Positions 43,419 to 55,321 of a stretch of 64,000 nt of DNA are shown one piece after another. Below the pieces are notes generated by a model, which saw nothing but the letters and a program-made list of their open reading frames with translations, ran no database searches and was not told where the DNA came from. Location: assembly GCA_963847445.1 (NCBI GenBank), contig CAWJZV010000018.1, forward strand, positions 64,001 to 128,000, given 5' to 3'. Position numbers and translations under genes: made by a program. Position 1 is the first letter of the stretch, and each line of letters starts with the position of its first letter. This DNA comes from an uncultured delta proteobacterium (lineage in GTDB: Bacteria > Desulfobacterota > Binatia > UBA9968).

Positions 43419-44781
43419 TTAGAAAACCATCTGCATCCGCAGACCGAGGATCGTCGCTGTGACCGATGCTCTTTTTACTGATGATCGCCGGTAGCGGGCT
43501 AAGGGCGAATTTGTTCTTCTGCGCGCCGCGGACGACCTGGATATCCGGCGTCACCATGAGCCACGGCGTTATGGCGACATTGTAGAACGCTTCGAAGCCG
43601 TACTCGTCGCGCAACAACTTGGTGCTGTTGAATATACCCTGAAGCTTGGGGCTGTTGGCGTCGATGTAGTAAAAACCCAAGCCGTAGCGGTCATTGTGGC
43701 GGTTCGGGATCACGCCCTTGCCGCCGATTCCGAGGCTGTAAAAGAACTGCATGAAGTTGGGATTGCCGTCCGAAGCGCCGAAACGGCCGAAGATGCCGAT
43801 CCCTTCGCCCGAGCCTTTCTTCGGCTCGTAAAGGTACTGATCGAAATTGTAATGGATGTTCCAGGAGCCTTTCTTGCCCTCGAACGCGCCGTTCTCGAAG
43901 ACGAAGCGCGCGTTCTGATCGATGGAAGTAAAGTTCCGGTTGGAAAAGACCGCGCCGAAAAGCTGATGACCGGTGAGTCCGAAAAAGTCTGTCCTCACCC
44001 TGCCTTCGCCAATCAGCGTTATATTGTTGCCGTCGAGATCGTCAAAGCCGCTGGTGCTGGCCTTGCCGGTGGATGAGAGAACCATAAAACTGACGATCGC
44101 CTGGTGGGGGTCTTTGGTCGGCAAGACGATCATCCCCGTGCCCAGGGTCGAATAGGGCACTGTCGTCAGCAGTATCGGATTGACATTGAATGCGGTGTTC
44201 ATGAACTGCGTGTCGCCCTTGCCGTGGGCAAACTCATTCATGTCGCCGGCGCTGGACGTAACGGTGGCGTATTTGCCGATCGTCAAACCGAAGTAAGGCG
44301 AAAGGAATTGAGTGAAATTCAACGCCGGCAGGTTGAAGTTGTCGCCGGCGGGCAGCGGAAAGCTTTGATTGCTATTGACAAACATCAGGGCGCCGGGCCT
44401 GCCGTTGATGGACTTGAGCAAGCGATCGTCAGGAATGAAATTTCCTTCCGCTTCCAGGTTCAAAAAACCGCCGGGCCAAAGTCCGAGCTTCTGCGAGTCC
44501 AGATTCAAAATAATGTCGCCGCGCCCGCCGCCGTATTGCCAGCCGGTATCTTTGCCGCCATGAACGATCCCCTGCGCCGACTGGGTTAACCTCATATCGA
44601 TCGTCACACCCTTTGCAGCCAGGTCGTTGCGCAATCCGCCCCAGTCGCCGCTCAGCGTAGTGCGCGTCAGAAAATCCCCAGAGTATGGCCCTGGAGGCGT
44701 TGCTTCCCCAGCCCGGAGCTGCGTGCTAAAGGCGACGCAAAATAAAAATAGAATCGTTCCGCTAATTGTCGTTGTCTTCAC
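43419..44781 (-). CDS. Carbohydrate-selective porin, OprB family
   Basis: LSGDWGGLRNDLAAKG, KLGLWPGG, NEFAHG, EAFYNVAITPWLMVTPDIQ, C-terminus GLRMQMVF after a 1-bp shift. Confidence 0.88.
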
Positions 44782-45009
44782 TAATGTGGCTCCTACAAAA
44801 TTCGTTTGAACGGTTTCGAGTACCGGGTGTTAGCCCTGAAACCTGAACATTGACATCTGGAACTTTAATTGTCTAACGCCGCTGCGTGAAACTTGAAATG
44901 CTCGACAATAAGCCAAGCTTCGGTGATATACGTCGCCGTCACCTATTCATAGTCTCTAAACTTTTTCGCGATCCTGCCGCTCTTACTAGCCATAGAAACA
45001 GATCTGTAT

Positions 45010-45025
45010 ATTGGACTTGGTGCAA
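45010..45025. promoter_or_regulatory. Palindromic operator, copy 4 (degenerate)
   Basis: TGTAT-ATTGGAC-TTG-GTGCAA in the oprB/patatin divergent region. Confidence 0.45.
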
Positions 45026-45130
45026 AACGGCGGCTAGTCGCATCTCAAGCGAATGTTTTTGAACAAGATCGACCGCCGGAATAAAATTGCCTTCGGCTTT
45101 CAGCTAATATGCCACCGCAGAATCGGTTGT

Positions 45131-45152
45131 ATATTGGTCTTTGGTCCAATAT
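45131..45152. promoter_or_regulatory. Palindromic operator, copy 5
   Basis: ATATTGGTC-TTTG-GTCCAATAT, preceded by TGT. Confidence 0.6.
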
Positions 45153-45368
45153 GCAGGGGGAGGCTTGGTTTACTACAAGGAATTTAGGACAAGAAGAATC
45201 AGAGAGGTAGTTTTCGCGATTTGATTTTTTCTCGCCGAAGCTATGACAAAGTCGTTGGAAGCAGGCACGCACGGCTCGCGCCCATTACCGCCAACAGGTG
45301 AAGAGCGCCGCGACGGTGGCCAAGGCGGTTCGGGACTACCTTCGTCAAAACATCTAAAGGAAACACCT

Positions 45369-47207
45369 ATGGACGACGACGTTATTGACCTACTCAAGGC
45401 ACATGAATACTTTCGCGACGTTCCCGACACCGCACTCGGGGAAATCGCCCGCTTTGGGACGATCGCTAACTACGACGCTGCCGCGGTCGTTCACGAGCTC
45501 AACGATCCCCTCACGTCAATCTGCTTCATACTCCGGGGTCGGCTAAAATCCGTGCGCGTGGACTCGCGCGGCGAGGAGCATCTCTTTCAGATATTCGAGC
45601 GCGGCGATCAGTACGGCATGATCCTCGGCGGCCTCGGCGAATCCATCCCGCTGCGAATTTTCGCGCTGGAGCCTTCAACGATCCTGAGCTTGGACCATGA
45701 AAAGTCGATGGAGCTGCTGCTTCTGCACCCCGACCTGCGCCGCCAATGGTTACAGAGCTACGCCCGCAGCCTGCGGCGGCGGTTCCTGGAGCCTACCGCC
45801 GGGCAGGCGCCAAAGGTGCTGGCAATGCTCCACGAATCCCCGGCGACGCGCAACCTGGCTCAGAAGATCATTGGGCGCCTGCAAGGCTTGGGGGAAGCGG
45901 TCTCCGTTCTCAGCGACGCCGACTCCTGGCGGTCGATGCCCGATGTGCGTTTCCGTTCACTGTTAAACGGCGACCGGCTCATCGAGGTGGCAGAGATTCG
46001 CCGACAGATTGCTGAGTGGAACCAAGCCAAACGCATCGTCGTCGATATTACCGCTGAACAGAAATTGGACTGGGCCGCGCTTTTAAGGCCGGCCGATTGC
46101 GCCCTGGTGTTCATTCGGCCGCGTGAGATCAGCTCGGCCATAGAGCGGTTGCGTGCGTTGGACTTGGTGTCACAAGGCTGGCGCGACAAGATCGCTATCG
46201 TATGGGTGCTGGAGGAGGGCAGCGGTGTGGCGCCCGTGGTTCCGGAACTGCGTGACTTCGCGAGCTGGGAATTCAAAATCTGCGAATCGCCGCTGCCGCA
46301 TCCCTGGGGCAAGGCGCATGCCGCCGGCATGGAGCGCCTAATCCACTACCTGCGGGGCATTAGGATCGGCGTGGCCCTGGGCGGCGGGGCTGCCCGCGGC
46401 ATGGCGCATCTGGGTGTGCTCAATGTCCTCGATCAGCATGGCATCGTCGTCGATGTCATCGCCGGCACGAGCGCAGGGGCCATGACCGGGGTCATGTATT
46501 CCGCGGGTCTGGATTGCGCTTATCTAAGCAGCCGGTTCGCGGACGATTTGACACCCTCGTGGATCTTCCGTCACCTTCCCAGCGGCAGCTACTGGTACCT
46601 AATGTACAACTACCGCAGCGGCGGCTTCGATACCAAGCTGCGAAGGTTACCCTGCACGACTGGAAGTTGGAGCAACTGGCGCTGCCATGTTTCAGCGTTA
46701 CCGCCGACTTGGTGAGTGGGCAAGCGGTAGTCAGGGACCGCGGAGACGCCGTGCACGCGATTCTCGAAAGCATCAACTTGCCTATGCTTTCGGCCCATCT
46801 GCCGCAACGGACAGGCGCTGATCGATGGCGGGTTAATGAATAACATTCCCGCCGATGTGCTTACGTCTCAGGGCTGCAACTTCGTGATCGCCGTCAGCGT
46901 TACAGCCAAAATCGCAAGGCAGTTTGGCGCCAATAAGCCGGACACGCCCACGCTTAACATGCGAATTCCATCAAGCCTGCAAACGCTGCTGCGCACCCTG
47001 GAAGTGCAGAATGTTAGCCTCAACGCCATCGGCGTGCGACCGGCGGAGATAGTGATCGAGCCGGAAGTTATCAACTTCGACCTGTCGGAGTTCATGCGCG
47101 CAAGGGAGCTATTTGCGGTCGGCCAACAGGCCGCGCTCGTTCAGGTGCCGAAAATCCAACAACTGCTGGCCCGGCTCGATCCGGTGCTTTTTAAGCCCGC
47201 TCGGTAA
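45369..47207 (+). CDS. cNMP-binding domain + patatin-like phospholipase (NTE/RssA family)
   Basis: N-terminal cNMP-like domain (FILRGRLK, ERGDQYG), GGGAARG, GTSAG, IDGG. Frameshifts near 46650 and 46795. Confidence 0.88.
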
Positions 47208-47219
47208 AGTTAGGCGAGC

Positions 47220-48218
47220 GTGAGAGTTTTTCTTAACATTCTACTTGGGACCGCGATAACGGCGATAACGCTGTGGGGAGTTGGCGCACTGTATTTCTCG
47301 CCGCTGTTGGCGGCGCGCTGGCGCGCTTTTGCCGCCGCCAGCTACGGCAGCGCAAGTATTCTAGCCTTTGCTCTGCTGCCATACCCGGGCAGAACGGCCA
47401 TTGCCGCGCTCGCTATCTTTGCAGTCTTGGTGATCTTGTTCCGCCGCATTCCCGCGTCTAACGATCGCGACTGGCAGCCTGACGTTGCGGTGACGCCGCA
47501 CGCGACGGTGAACGGTGAGTTGGTGACGATTCATGGCGTGAGGAATTTTGCTTATCGGACGGAAACCGACTTCGACGCCCGCTGGGAGGATCGCACCTAC
47601 GACCTGGGCAAGCTCGATTCCGCCGATATCATCGCCGTTTATTGGGCAGGCAAAGCAGTCGCCCACATCATGGTCAGCTTCGGGTTCCAAGACCAGGACT
47701 ATTTGGCGGTGTCTATCGAGACGCGCAAGGAAAAGGGCGAAAGCTATTCGACCCTCGCCGGCTTCTTTCGCCAATACGAGCTTTACTACGTCGTCGCCGA
47801 CGAGCGGGACGCGATCGGCGTCCGCACCACGTATCGCCAGCCGCAAGAGGATGTTTACGTCTATCGCTTGCGCGCGCCGCAGAGAAACATCAGGCGGAGC
47901 TTTCTCGACTACATTCAGAAGATCAACGACATGCGCGTGCATCCGCGCTTTTACAACACGCTGACGACCAACTGCACGACGACCATTCTAATGCACACGC
48001 GGATCAATCCCGAGTCGCCGCCGCTGTCGTGGAAAATCTTGCTGAGCGGCTATGTGCCCGAATATCTCTACCAACTCGGCCGCATCGATACGGCGAAACC
48101 GTTTGCCGACTTGAAAAAGCTCTCGCGCGTGAACGAACGCGCGCAGGCCGCCGACAAAGATGCCTCGTTCTCGCGATACCTCAGGCAAGGGCTGCCAAAG
48201 CCGGCGGGGTTGCCGTAG
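47220..48218 (+). CDS. DUF4105 (Lnb N-terminal-like) membrane protein
   Basis: TM N-terminus, SNDRDWQPD, AHIMVSFGF, SIETRKE, GFFRQYEL, FYNTLTTNCTT. Confidence 0.88.
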   Translation: MRVFLNILLGTAITAITLWGVGALYFSPLLAARWRAFAAASYGSASILAFALLPYPGRTAIAALAIFAVLVILFRRIPASNDRDWQPDVAVTPHATVNGELVTIHGVRNFAYRTETDFDARWEDRTYDLGKLDSADIIAVYWAGKAVAHIMVSFGFQDQDYLAVSIETRKEKGESYSTLAGFFRQYELYYVVADERDAIGVRTTYRQPQEDVYVYRLRAPQRNIRRSFLDYIQKINDMRVHPRFYNTLTTNCTTTILMHTRINPESPPLSWKILLSGYVPEYLYQLGRIDTAKPFADLKKLSRVNERAQAADKDASFSRYLRQGLPKPAGLP

Positions 48219-48247
48219 CGACTCCGGTATCCTCGCCGCCATGAACA

Positions 48248-48346
48248 AAGCCGGCGAAGCTTTCCATCCGGCGCTCGAAGAGCCGCATTTGATCGGCGCT
48301 CATGCCGTCCCATGCGGGAATTGGGGCGCGAAGTGAGCTTGGCGTT
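48248..48346 (-). pseudogene. Degenerate ~100-bp fragment of the large arylsulfatase gene
   Basis: Aligns to 33670-33773 (NAKLT...IPAWD.M.ADQ.RLFER.ME.FAGF). Confidence 0.75.
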
Positions 48347-48444
48347 GACAAACTCACTCATGTCGCCGGAGCTGCATTCCACTTCAAGATTTTGTGATAG
48401 TCGCCAAACCTCGCGACGCCGAGCAATTCGTCCACACACCGGCT

Positions 48445-49076
48445 TCAACGGTTGCGGTTCATTTCCATGAGCTGTTGCTCATTTTGTCTCGCAACGTCCT
48501 GTTCTCGTTCGGTCTTCATAGCGATATCCTCGCCGTTGGCAATGACCGTCGGCCAATCGAAATTACCCTTGGCAATAATCGCAAGGTTATTCGCAATGGC
48601 GTTTCGAATGACTTGGGTGGGATCCCAAAATTGGCCGAACTCGTTGGCGAAAGTCGTGGTGATATAGTTGAGAAAATCACGTATCCCCTTCATCCCCGCT
48701 TCCGTTGGCGGCAACGCTCGCTTCTGATCATTCAGTCGCGCCAAGGTCAGTCCGAGATAGAGCCTGGCGACATTGTCGCCCCGGTGTTGCGCCAGGCCGC
48801 GTTCCAGCGTCTGGCGCGCTGACGCGAGATCTCCCGTCAGATACTGTGCCCGGCCGACATAACTGAGCACGCCGGCCCGTAACTCACTGCCGTACACATA
48901 GTTAGGATCGGTTTGCGCCGCGGCCTGAAAGTAACCGAGCGCGCCCTGATAATCGCCCCTGAACATCGCCTGTCGCCCCTGGGCTACGTCGCCGGCGGTC
49001 TGAAACCCCCGCCGCAGCCCGATAGCAAAGCGACCAATAAAAATAGCGCCAAACCCGATACGCCACTGTGCCATTT
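48445..49076 (-). CDS. TPR-containing probable lipoprotein
   Basis: Lipobox LLSGC in a shifted frame. TPR-like ALGYFQAA, YVGRAQYL, ARLYLGLTLAR. Confidence 0.75.
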
Positions 49077-49267
49077 TGCAATCTTCATATGACCTCCACT
49101 TGGAATCAGATTGGCCCAACCATATTGAGACATGAACAGCATGTTAAAGGCCCGGTCTAGAGATTGGCGCCGGGCAGTCACTCGCAAAAACCTGAACCCT
49201 TCTCTCTTGCCCGTTCACTGACAACCGACCACTGACACCGATAACGATTATTCTCGTCGCTCATCCG

Positions 49268-49985
49268 TCATTTCGGAAACAGGAACTGTATCTGGAACCG
49301 CAATTGCCACTCCGGACCGAACTCCGGCTTGGCCACGTTGCCGTAGGCCGCCAGTTGGATGTTGATCGGCAGCTTCCCGATGGGATCGCCCTTTAGCGAT
49401 GAAACTGCCTCGCCTAACCTAAATAGCTTGCCGACACCGCCGCCAAGCGGCACGGTCCAGACGTCGCCGCCTTGTCGGCTTTCCAGTTGGCCGTGAGAAT
49501 TGGTCGGACGTGAGATACTAACCGTCAGGCAAGTTGTAGTTCACGAACGGCTGCATGAGCAGAGCATTCACAGACTTGTCGCCCCAGCCGCGACCGACCA
49601 CTGATTGTTAAGCAGCGCGCCGAATACCCAGTGTCCTTGCATGGTCAGCGCCACTGCCGCCGGCCCCATGCTCCACTTGCCGCTGCCTAGATCCCGGTCG
49701 GTCGCCGTCGGCAGATGTGAACGTCGGACCCAAGCCCCAAATTAGTTCGCCGGGCTTGGCCGGCGAGAGGAAGAATGTCGGATTGAAGTCGCCGAAGCCG
49801 GTGCCGGTGGTGCTCGGTATCGCCCCGCCGAATGATCGGGAACAGCGAGGGCTGGTTGATGATCGGCATGATGACGCGCGTGATCAGGTTCCAGTCGTCA
49901 GCGATCTCTGATCGGGATCACCGGCTGGACGTTGAGGACGTAGATCATCTTGTTGTGATTGAATCCAGCGCCGAAGTTGAAGTTA
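49268..49985 (-). pseudogene. 5'-truncated, frameshifted paralog of the 31269-32073 beta-barrel
   Basis: Starts at NFNFGAGFNHNKMIYVLNVQPVIP with no signal peptide or QNPVA segment; ends WQLRFQIQFLFPK. Confidence 0.75.
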
Positions 49986-50097
49986 CTTGCAACGGGCTCC
50001 TGTATGGCACCGATGGTCAGAGGAAAACAGCAGATTCTCTTCGCCGATTTCCGTGTCGCTTGTTTTCCACTCGACGCTCGACTCTCGACACTTGAAC

Positions 50098-50838
50098 TCA
50101 ATGAACCATCCGCGCTTTGCGCACCTGATCCGCGCGTATCCATCCCTGCTTGGCAAAAAACTCCGACAGGTAGCGCGCTACTAGATCGCCGCTTCCTGCG
50201 GCCATGCGGGCGACCTCCGATTTATATGTTTTAACGCCTGCCACCGCAGCGTTGGCAGCCACCATCCCAGCGCTGACCCCTCCCGCCGCGGCCGCACCGA
50301 CACCCAACGTGGTCGCTGCGCCCGGCATGTTGCCGCTGTAGGATTGGGTGGTGAAATCGAGCAATTTACGCGCTTCTTGCCCCTGGTAGACTTGCACCTG
50401 GCTATCGACCGAGGACGCTCCATTGCCGAAGCCGACAACAAAACGACGCAGCGGATTGCCCTCGTCGACGGTCAGGAATTGACCGTCGATCAGCAGGTCG
50501 CTGCCCGTGGCCTTGGTCTCGCGGCCGACCCGTTCGACGACGAATCCCAGCGGTTTTAAGCCGTCGACAACTTCCTCCGCCAAGGCGTCTTTCACCTCCT
50601 TGGCGAGCAAACGTTCCCGCTCGGACGCATCTTTTATGTTTGGCTGTTGGCGCATGATGCCCTGATACTCTTTGACTTCGCCCTCACTCACGGCGAAGTC
50701 ATACAAAAGTATTCGCGTCGGCCGCGGCAGATTGGTATCGGGAACCAGGGCAGCGCGGCGAATCCCCGTCTGGCCGCAAGCGGCAACCAAACAACAGAGC
50801 AGCGCACCGACAAACACACGAATCCGGTTCGACATCAT
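50098..50838 (-). CDS. DUF4410-like lipoprotein
   Basis: Lipobox VAAC, ILLYDFAV, GQFLTVDEGNPLRRFVVGFGNG, SGNMPG. Confidence 0.8.
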   Translation of the reverse strand: MMSNRIRVFVGALLCCLVAACGQTGIRRAALVPDTNLPRPTRILLYDFAVSEGEVKEYQGIMRQQPNIKDASERERLLAKEVKDALAEEVVDGLKPLGFVVERVGRETKATGSDLLIDGQFLTVDEGNPLRRFVVGFGNGASSVDSQVQVYQGQEARKLLDFTTQSYSGNMPGAATTLGVGAAAAGGVSAGMVAANAAVAGVKTYKSEVARMAAGSGDLVARYLSEFFAKQGWIRADQVRKARMVH

Positions 50839-50940
50839 GTGGGTCCTCCTCTTTCAGAAACTTGGCAGTTGACGAACATTAATGGCAGCACAACGCAACA
50901 ACCTGGCTAAGTCCGGGCGACTACGCATGCCACCGCGGCG

Positions 50941-51687
50941 CTAACGCGTCTTGGCGGTCGGACCTGTGGCAGTTGCACCCACGCCGACCGATTCCCGGTA
51001 AACCATAATTTCCACCCGGCGGTTTTTCGCCCGCCCGGCGTCGGTTTTGTTATCCCCCACCGGCACGCGCTCGCCGTAACCGACCGCCATCACGCGGGTC
51101 GGCTCGATATTTCTTTCCGCGACGAGATAAGCCGCGATGTTTTCCGCGCGCCGCTTTGACAGCTCGTAGTTGTAGCTTGCCGAGCCTTCGGTATCGGTAT
51201 GCCCGGCGACGACAAACACCAGGTTGCCGCCGTCATCGGACTGCCCCTTCACGTCGCTCAGGAAGCTGTCGATATCTTTCTTCGCCTGGCCGCTGAACTG
51301 AATCGAATTGGACGCGAAGTGCGGACCCGCGGTGAAATTCAGCACCATCTTTCGTTCCGGCTTGAGCCGTTGCAAACTTTCCAACGCAAGATTCGCCTTG
51401 GCGTCGGTTTGACCGAGGCGGGCTTCGAGATCGGCGATCTGTTTGGCCATGGTGTCGACACGGCCGTCGACTTTGGCCACCCGGCCTTCGACGTTAGTGA
51501 CCCTGCCGTCCGTCTTAGTCAGACCGGCCTCTGTATCGGCAACTCTCTTGTTGATCGGGAACAGTTGCTCGTTGGTCCAGGTTTGCACCCAGTCTCGGGT
51601 CGCGACGCAGCCGCTGGCGAACAAGATCACGCAAATACTTAATAGTGACAGTCCGCTTCGGAATAAATTTGAATAATGCACAAACAT
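50941..51687 (-). CDS. OmpA-family peptidoglycan-binding lipoprotein with coiled coil
   Basis: Lipobox ASGC, heptad-rich segment, GHTD...YNYELSKRRA, GYGE, NRRVEI. Confidence 0.9.
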   Translation of the reverse strand: MFVHYSNLFRSGLSLLSICVILFASGCVATRDWVQTWTNEQLFPINKRVADTEAGLTKTDGRVTNVEGRVAKVDGRVDTMAKQIADLEARLGQTDAKANLALESLQRLKPERKMVLNFTAGPHFASNSIQFSGQAKKDIDSFLSDVKGQSDDGGNLVFVVAGHTDTEGSASYNYELSKRRAENIAAYLVAERNIEPTRVMAVGYGERVPVGDNKTDAGRAKNRRVEIMVYRESVGVGATATGPTAKTR

Positions 51688-51852
51688 CTCCTCGTCAATT
51701 AAATTTTGTTGTTCCACTAACTTGGGGGTTGCGGGAACCCTCGACATTTATTTACAGGAGGTAACGGAGGAAACAGAGGTTTTTTAAAAAATCCTCCGTT
51801 AACTCCGTTTGCTCCTGTTATATTCCCGTCCCTCAACCCTCGACACTTTGCC

Positions 51853-52348
51853 TTACTTCACCAGCGGCACGCCCTGGGCGAGATCGTACTTCACCACCGC
51901 GCGAATTTTGTTTTCAATTTGCAGATAACGCGCGACTTTGATGGTCGGCAGCGCTTTGCTGAGCTTGGGCGCGAAGGTGCTCTTGAGGTTAACCTCTGCT
52001 TGCTCGATCGCGTTGGCCTCGTCGATCAGCTTTTTCGCCTTGTCGTCGGTCAGCGACTTTTTGCGGGAGTCATCGGCGTAGCTGTCGACCAAATTGACGA
52101 GGCGACGATTGATCTTCTGCAATTCCTTTTGATACTCGTCGTAGATCGGCCAGAAGTTCTTCGCCTCCGACTCGGTCAATTCCATGTTCGACGCCACCAC
52201 CAATTTCTTATCGGCTTTGATCTTGTCACGCAGGATCTGCATGTTGTCGGCCGGCTTGTCCTGCGCCGCCAAACCAAGCGACTGGGAGCCCCATCAGCAT
52301 GATCGCTACGGCAACGCCGATTAATTTCTTCACGAAGTCTATTCTCAT
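51853..52348 (-). CDS. Periplasmic helical protein (Spy/CpxP-like), paralog A
   Basis: Signal peptide (frameshifted), KADKKLVVASNMELTESEAKNFWPIYDEYQ, ARYLQIENK. Confidence 0.75.
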
Positions 52349-52438
52349 CGCTTATCTCCTCTTATCTTTGTAACGGCTTGAACTATTTGAACGCTTTGAA
52401 CGGCTTGAACGAGTCCTTCGCCGAGGTTCCGCCTAGGC

Positions 52439-53015
52439 TTATGGATTAATTTTGGTGATCTTCGTGCCCTGGATACCGATGCCGCCCATCAGTCCCTTCT
52501 GGTCAAAGATGAATGCGTACACGCCTTTTTGCAGGGTCGTCGTCGACAAATTCTTGCCGAAGCCTTCGTCCAACACGACCAGGCTAGGCCCGACCCCCAC
52601 TTCGAAGCCGGCAGTGTTGTCGAGATACTGCAGCGAGGCATCGTCCATGAAAAACAACACGTAGCCAAACGCTTGGACTCCGGCTTGAAAACCATAGGAG
52701 ACCGCCAGCGAGCGGTAATAGGCGGTGGTCTTGCCGCCCTTGCGCAAGGCGCCGTCGCCGAATTGTCCGGCGAATAATGAATCCGCCCTTGACAATGCTC
52801 GGGAAAACCAGCACCGCCACCGCCTTGTCGCCCAACGCTTTAGCGCCCGGCATTTTTTTATAAAGATCCGCCAACGCCGCCCTTGCGTCACGGTCGATCT
52901 CGCTCGCGCTCGCGGCCAGCGCCGCAGCCGGACTCCAGACATGGAAGGTAAACAGCATCAATGTCAGTCCGACGATTAAGATTCCTATCTTAGAATTTCG
53001 CATATTTGCTCTCAT
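52439..53015 (-). CDS. Ysc84/SYLF lipid-binding domain protein (frameshifted)
   Basis: Signal peptide, AVLVFPSIVKGGF, GQFGDGAL, SYGFQAGVQ, QKGLMGGIGIQGTKI. Confidence 0.85.
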
Positions 53016-53175
53016 TCTGTGCTCCTGTCATCAATTTATTAGCAGGCAATGCCACTCGTCCGTCGCCACTTTTTTACAGGAGGCAACCGAGGAAACAGAG
53101 GTTTTCGAAAAAATTCTCTGTTATCTCCGTTTGCTCCTGTTAAAATTTCCCGACACTCGTCCCTCGACACTTTTT

Positions 53176-53670
53176 CTACTGAGCCAACGGCACCGTGGCC
53201 GCGAGATCGTACCTGAGCAGCATGCGGTACTCATTTTCGATCTGCAGATAACGCGCGGCCTTCTTTGCTGGAAGTGCCTTGGTCACCTTGGGAATAAAGG
53301 CGCTGCGTTGCTTGACTTCGTCCTGTTCGAGGGCGATCCATTCGTCGAGCAGCTTCTTGGCTTTTTCGTCGGTAAGCGATTTGCCACGGTAGTCCGCGGC
53401 GTAGCTTTTCAACAGCGCGCCCAGACGCTCATGGAATTTCTGCAAATCCTTTTGGAAATCCTCGTATACCGGCCAGAAGCTTTTCGCCTCCGACTCGGTC
53501 AATTCCATATACTTCGACACGATCAGCTTCTTGTCCGCCTTGAGCTTCTCGTGGACGATTTCCAGATTGTTAGCGGGCTTATCCTGGGACCGCGCAATTG
53601 CCGGCGCACTCCCGAGCGCGGCCACGAATAAAACCGCCAAGTATTTTGTCCGGGTATTTCTCTTCAACAC
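53176..53670 (-). CDS. Periplasmic helical protein (Spy/CpxP-like), paralog B
   Basis: KADKKLIVSKYMELTESEAKSFWPVYEDFQ, ARYLQIENE; clear paralog of 51853-52348. Confidence 0.8.
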   Translation of the reverse strand: MLKRNTRTKYLAVLFVAALGSAPAIARSQDKPANNLEIVHEKLKADKKLIVSKYMELTESEAKSFWPVYEDFQKDLQKFHERLGALLKSYAADYRGKSLTDEKAKKLLDEWIALEQDEVKQRSAFIPKVTKALPAKKAARYLQIENEYRMLLRYDLAATVPLAQ

Positions 53671-53696
53671 GTCCTATCCTCCTTGTCGATGTTTTT

Positions 53697-54120
53697 TTAC
53701 ACATTAGAAACCGTTTTAAGGGCGTCGCGTCCCGGCGCCGACAACAAGTACCACAGCATCACCACCGGGACGATTGACCAGACCAGCGCTCGCACCGGCG
53801 ATTCGCCTTGGATGACGACGCTGACGACCATGAATAGCGTCACCGCAGCCACCACGATGCCGAGCCATCTCACCCAACCCCAGCCGAGCAATGCGCCGCA
53901 GGCGAAGACAACGTACAAAATCGCGATGGCCGCCACGAGGCCGCCGCGGAAAAACGCCAGGACACCAACCAGAGGGAGAATCAATAGACCCTGCCCCATG
54001 AGATCGCTGCCAGCATCGAACCAGTGAAGCGCGCGCAGAACACCCAACGCGCTTTGAACTAGCGCCAACACGGCGACGACCGTCAAGCCGATTGCTCGCT
54101 TAGGCAATGCAGATTCCATG
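53697..54120 (-). CDS. Small four-TM membrane protein
   Basis: GAGG RBS before MESALPK; four hydrophobic segments. Confidence 0.7.
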
Positions 54121-54300
54121 GTGCCTCTTAAAGAAGGTGTCGAGTGTCGAGGGGAATTCACTCGTCCTTTTCTCACAGGAGCTAACAGAGGAATACCGAG
54201 TTTTTTCAAACTTCATCTCTGTTCTCTCCGTTGTCTCCTGTTAAATTTTCCCGCTCCTCGACACTCTATCCTCGACACTCGCCCCTCGTCTCTCGCTCCG

Positions 54301-55264
54301 CTACTGCTTCACTTCCACCCAGCTTTTATCAGGGTTGAATTCCTTCATCGCCTCGCGCAACCGATGCGGTGTTCCTTCCCAAGATCCTTTTGAAACACCT
54401 TGCCTTGGTGATTGACGATGAACGTCATCACGCCGGAATTGCCGTATTCGGCGGGATAGGCGACCAGCGCGAAGCCGCCGATCATGTTGCCCTTAACTAG
54501 ATAGCTATAGGCGCCGCCCGGCGCGTTCTTGCCCTGGCCTGTAAGGATCTCGATAATAATAGCCGTGGTAGGGCGCGGGCTTGTCGGGTTTGCTTTTGCC
54601 CGTACCCTTCGCTTCACCGCGCGCGCGGCAAAGGGGCCGAGGGGACTCTCTCTTCGCCGCGCTTTAGCTTCCCAGTACAAACCATTTTTCTTGCCCGGCG
54701 TCGCTGCGGAACTTCTGAGCGTATTCTACCAGTCCGTCGCCGTCGCGATCCTTCCTGGCGTACTCGCGCTGGGCGTCGACATAGGCGAGCGAGACTTGAG
54801 TAGCGTCCAGCTCGTTCTGCCGATGCGGCGATTGAGAATCTCTTCTCTGCCTTTGGCGGTATCGAACACCCATCCTTCGCTCTTTTTGACCACGGGAATC
54901 GGAAATGGCCATCGGTGCTTGCCGACCGTGAGATCCGGCTTTCGCCTTCGGCGACCAGCCGGTTCTTCTCGTCGTAGGCGGCAAAAAATTCGCCCGCCGC
55001 TCTTTATCCGCGACCGGGTCGCCGGAAGAGAGCAAATCTTTCGCTTGCGTGCCGAAGATCGCCAGGAGATCCTTGTCATTATTGCTGCGGGCCGCGGCGA
55101 CCGCTGTCTTTCACCGCTTCGTCGGCGCTGGCGAAAACTCTTTTGCGCCGCTGCCGCCATGACTCTTCATCGCGAAGCCGATAAGCGCCAGAAATACCAT
55201 GCGCGAATACCGGTCCAATTCTTTGCCCAGGTGATTTTTCGATTTGTTTATTTTGAAGTTTCAT
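54301..55264 (-). CDS. DUF2950 family protein (frameshifted)
   Basis: LSSGDPVAD, WPFPIP, GREEILNRRIG, AYVDAQREY, MIGGFALVAYPAEYGNSGVMTFIVN, VFQKDLG. Confidence 0.88.
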
Positions 55265-55321
55265 TTCGTCCTCCATCGGATCGTTACGGCTATCGAGTTT
55301 GCTCGAGGCAAATAGTTCTGG

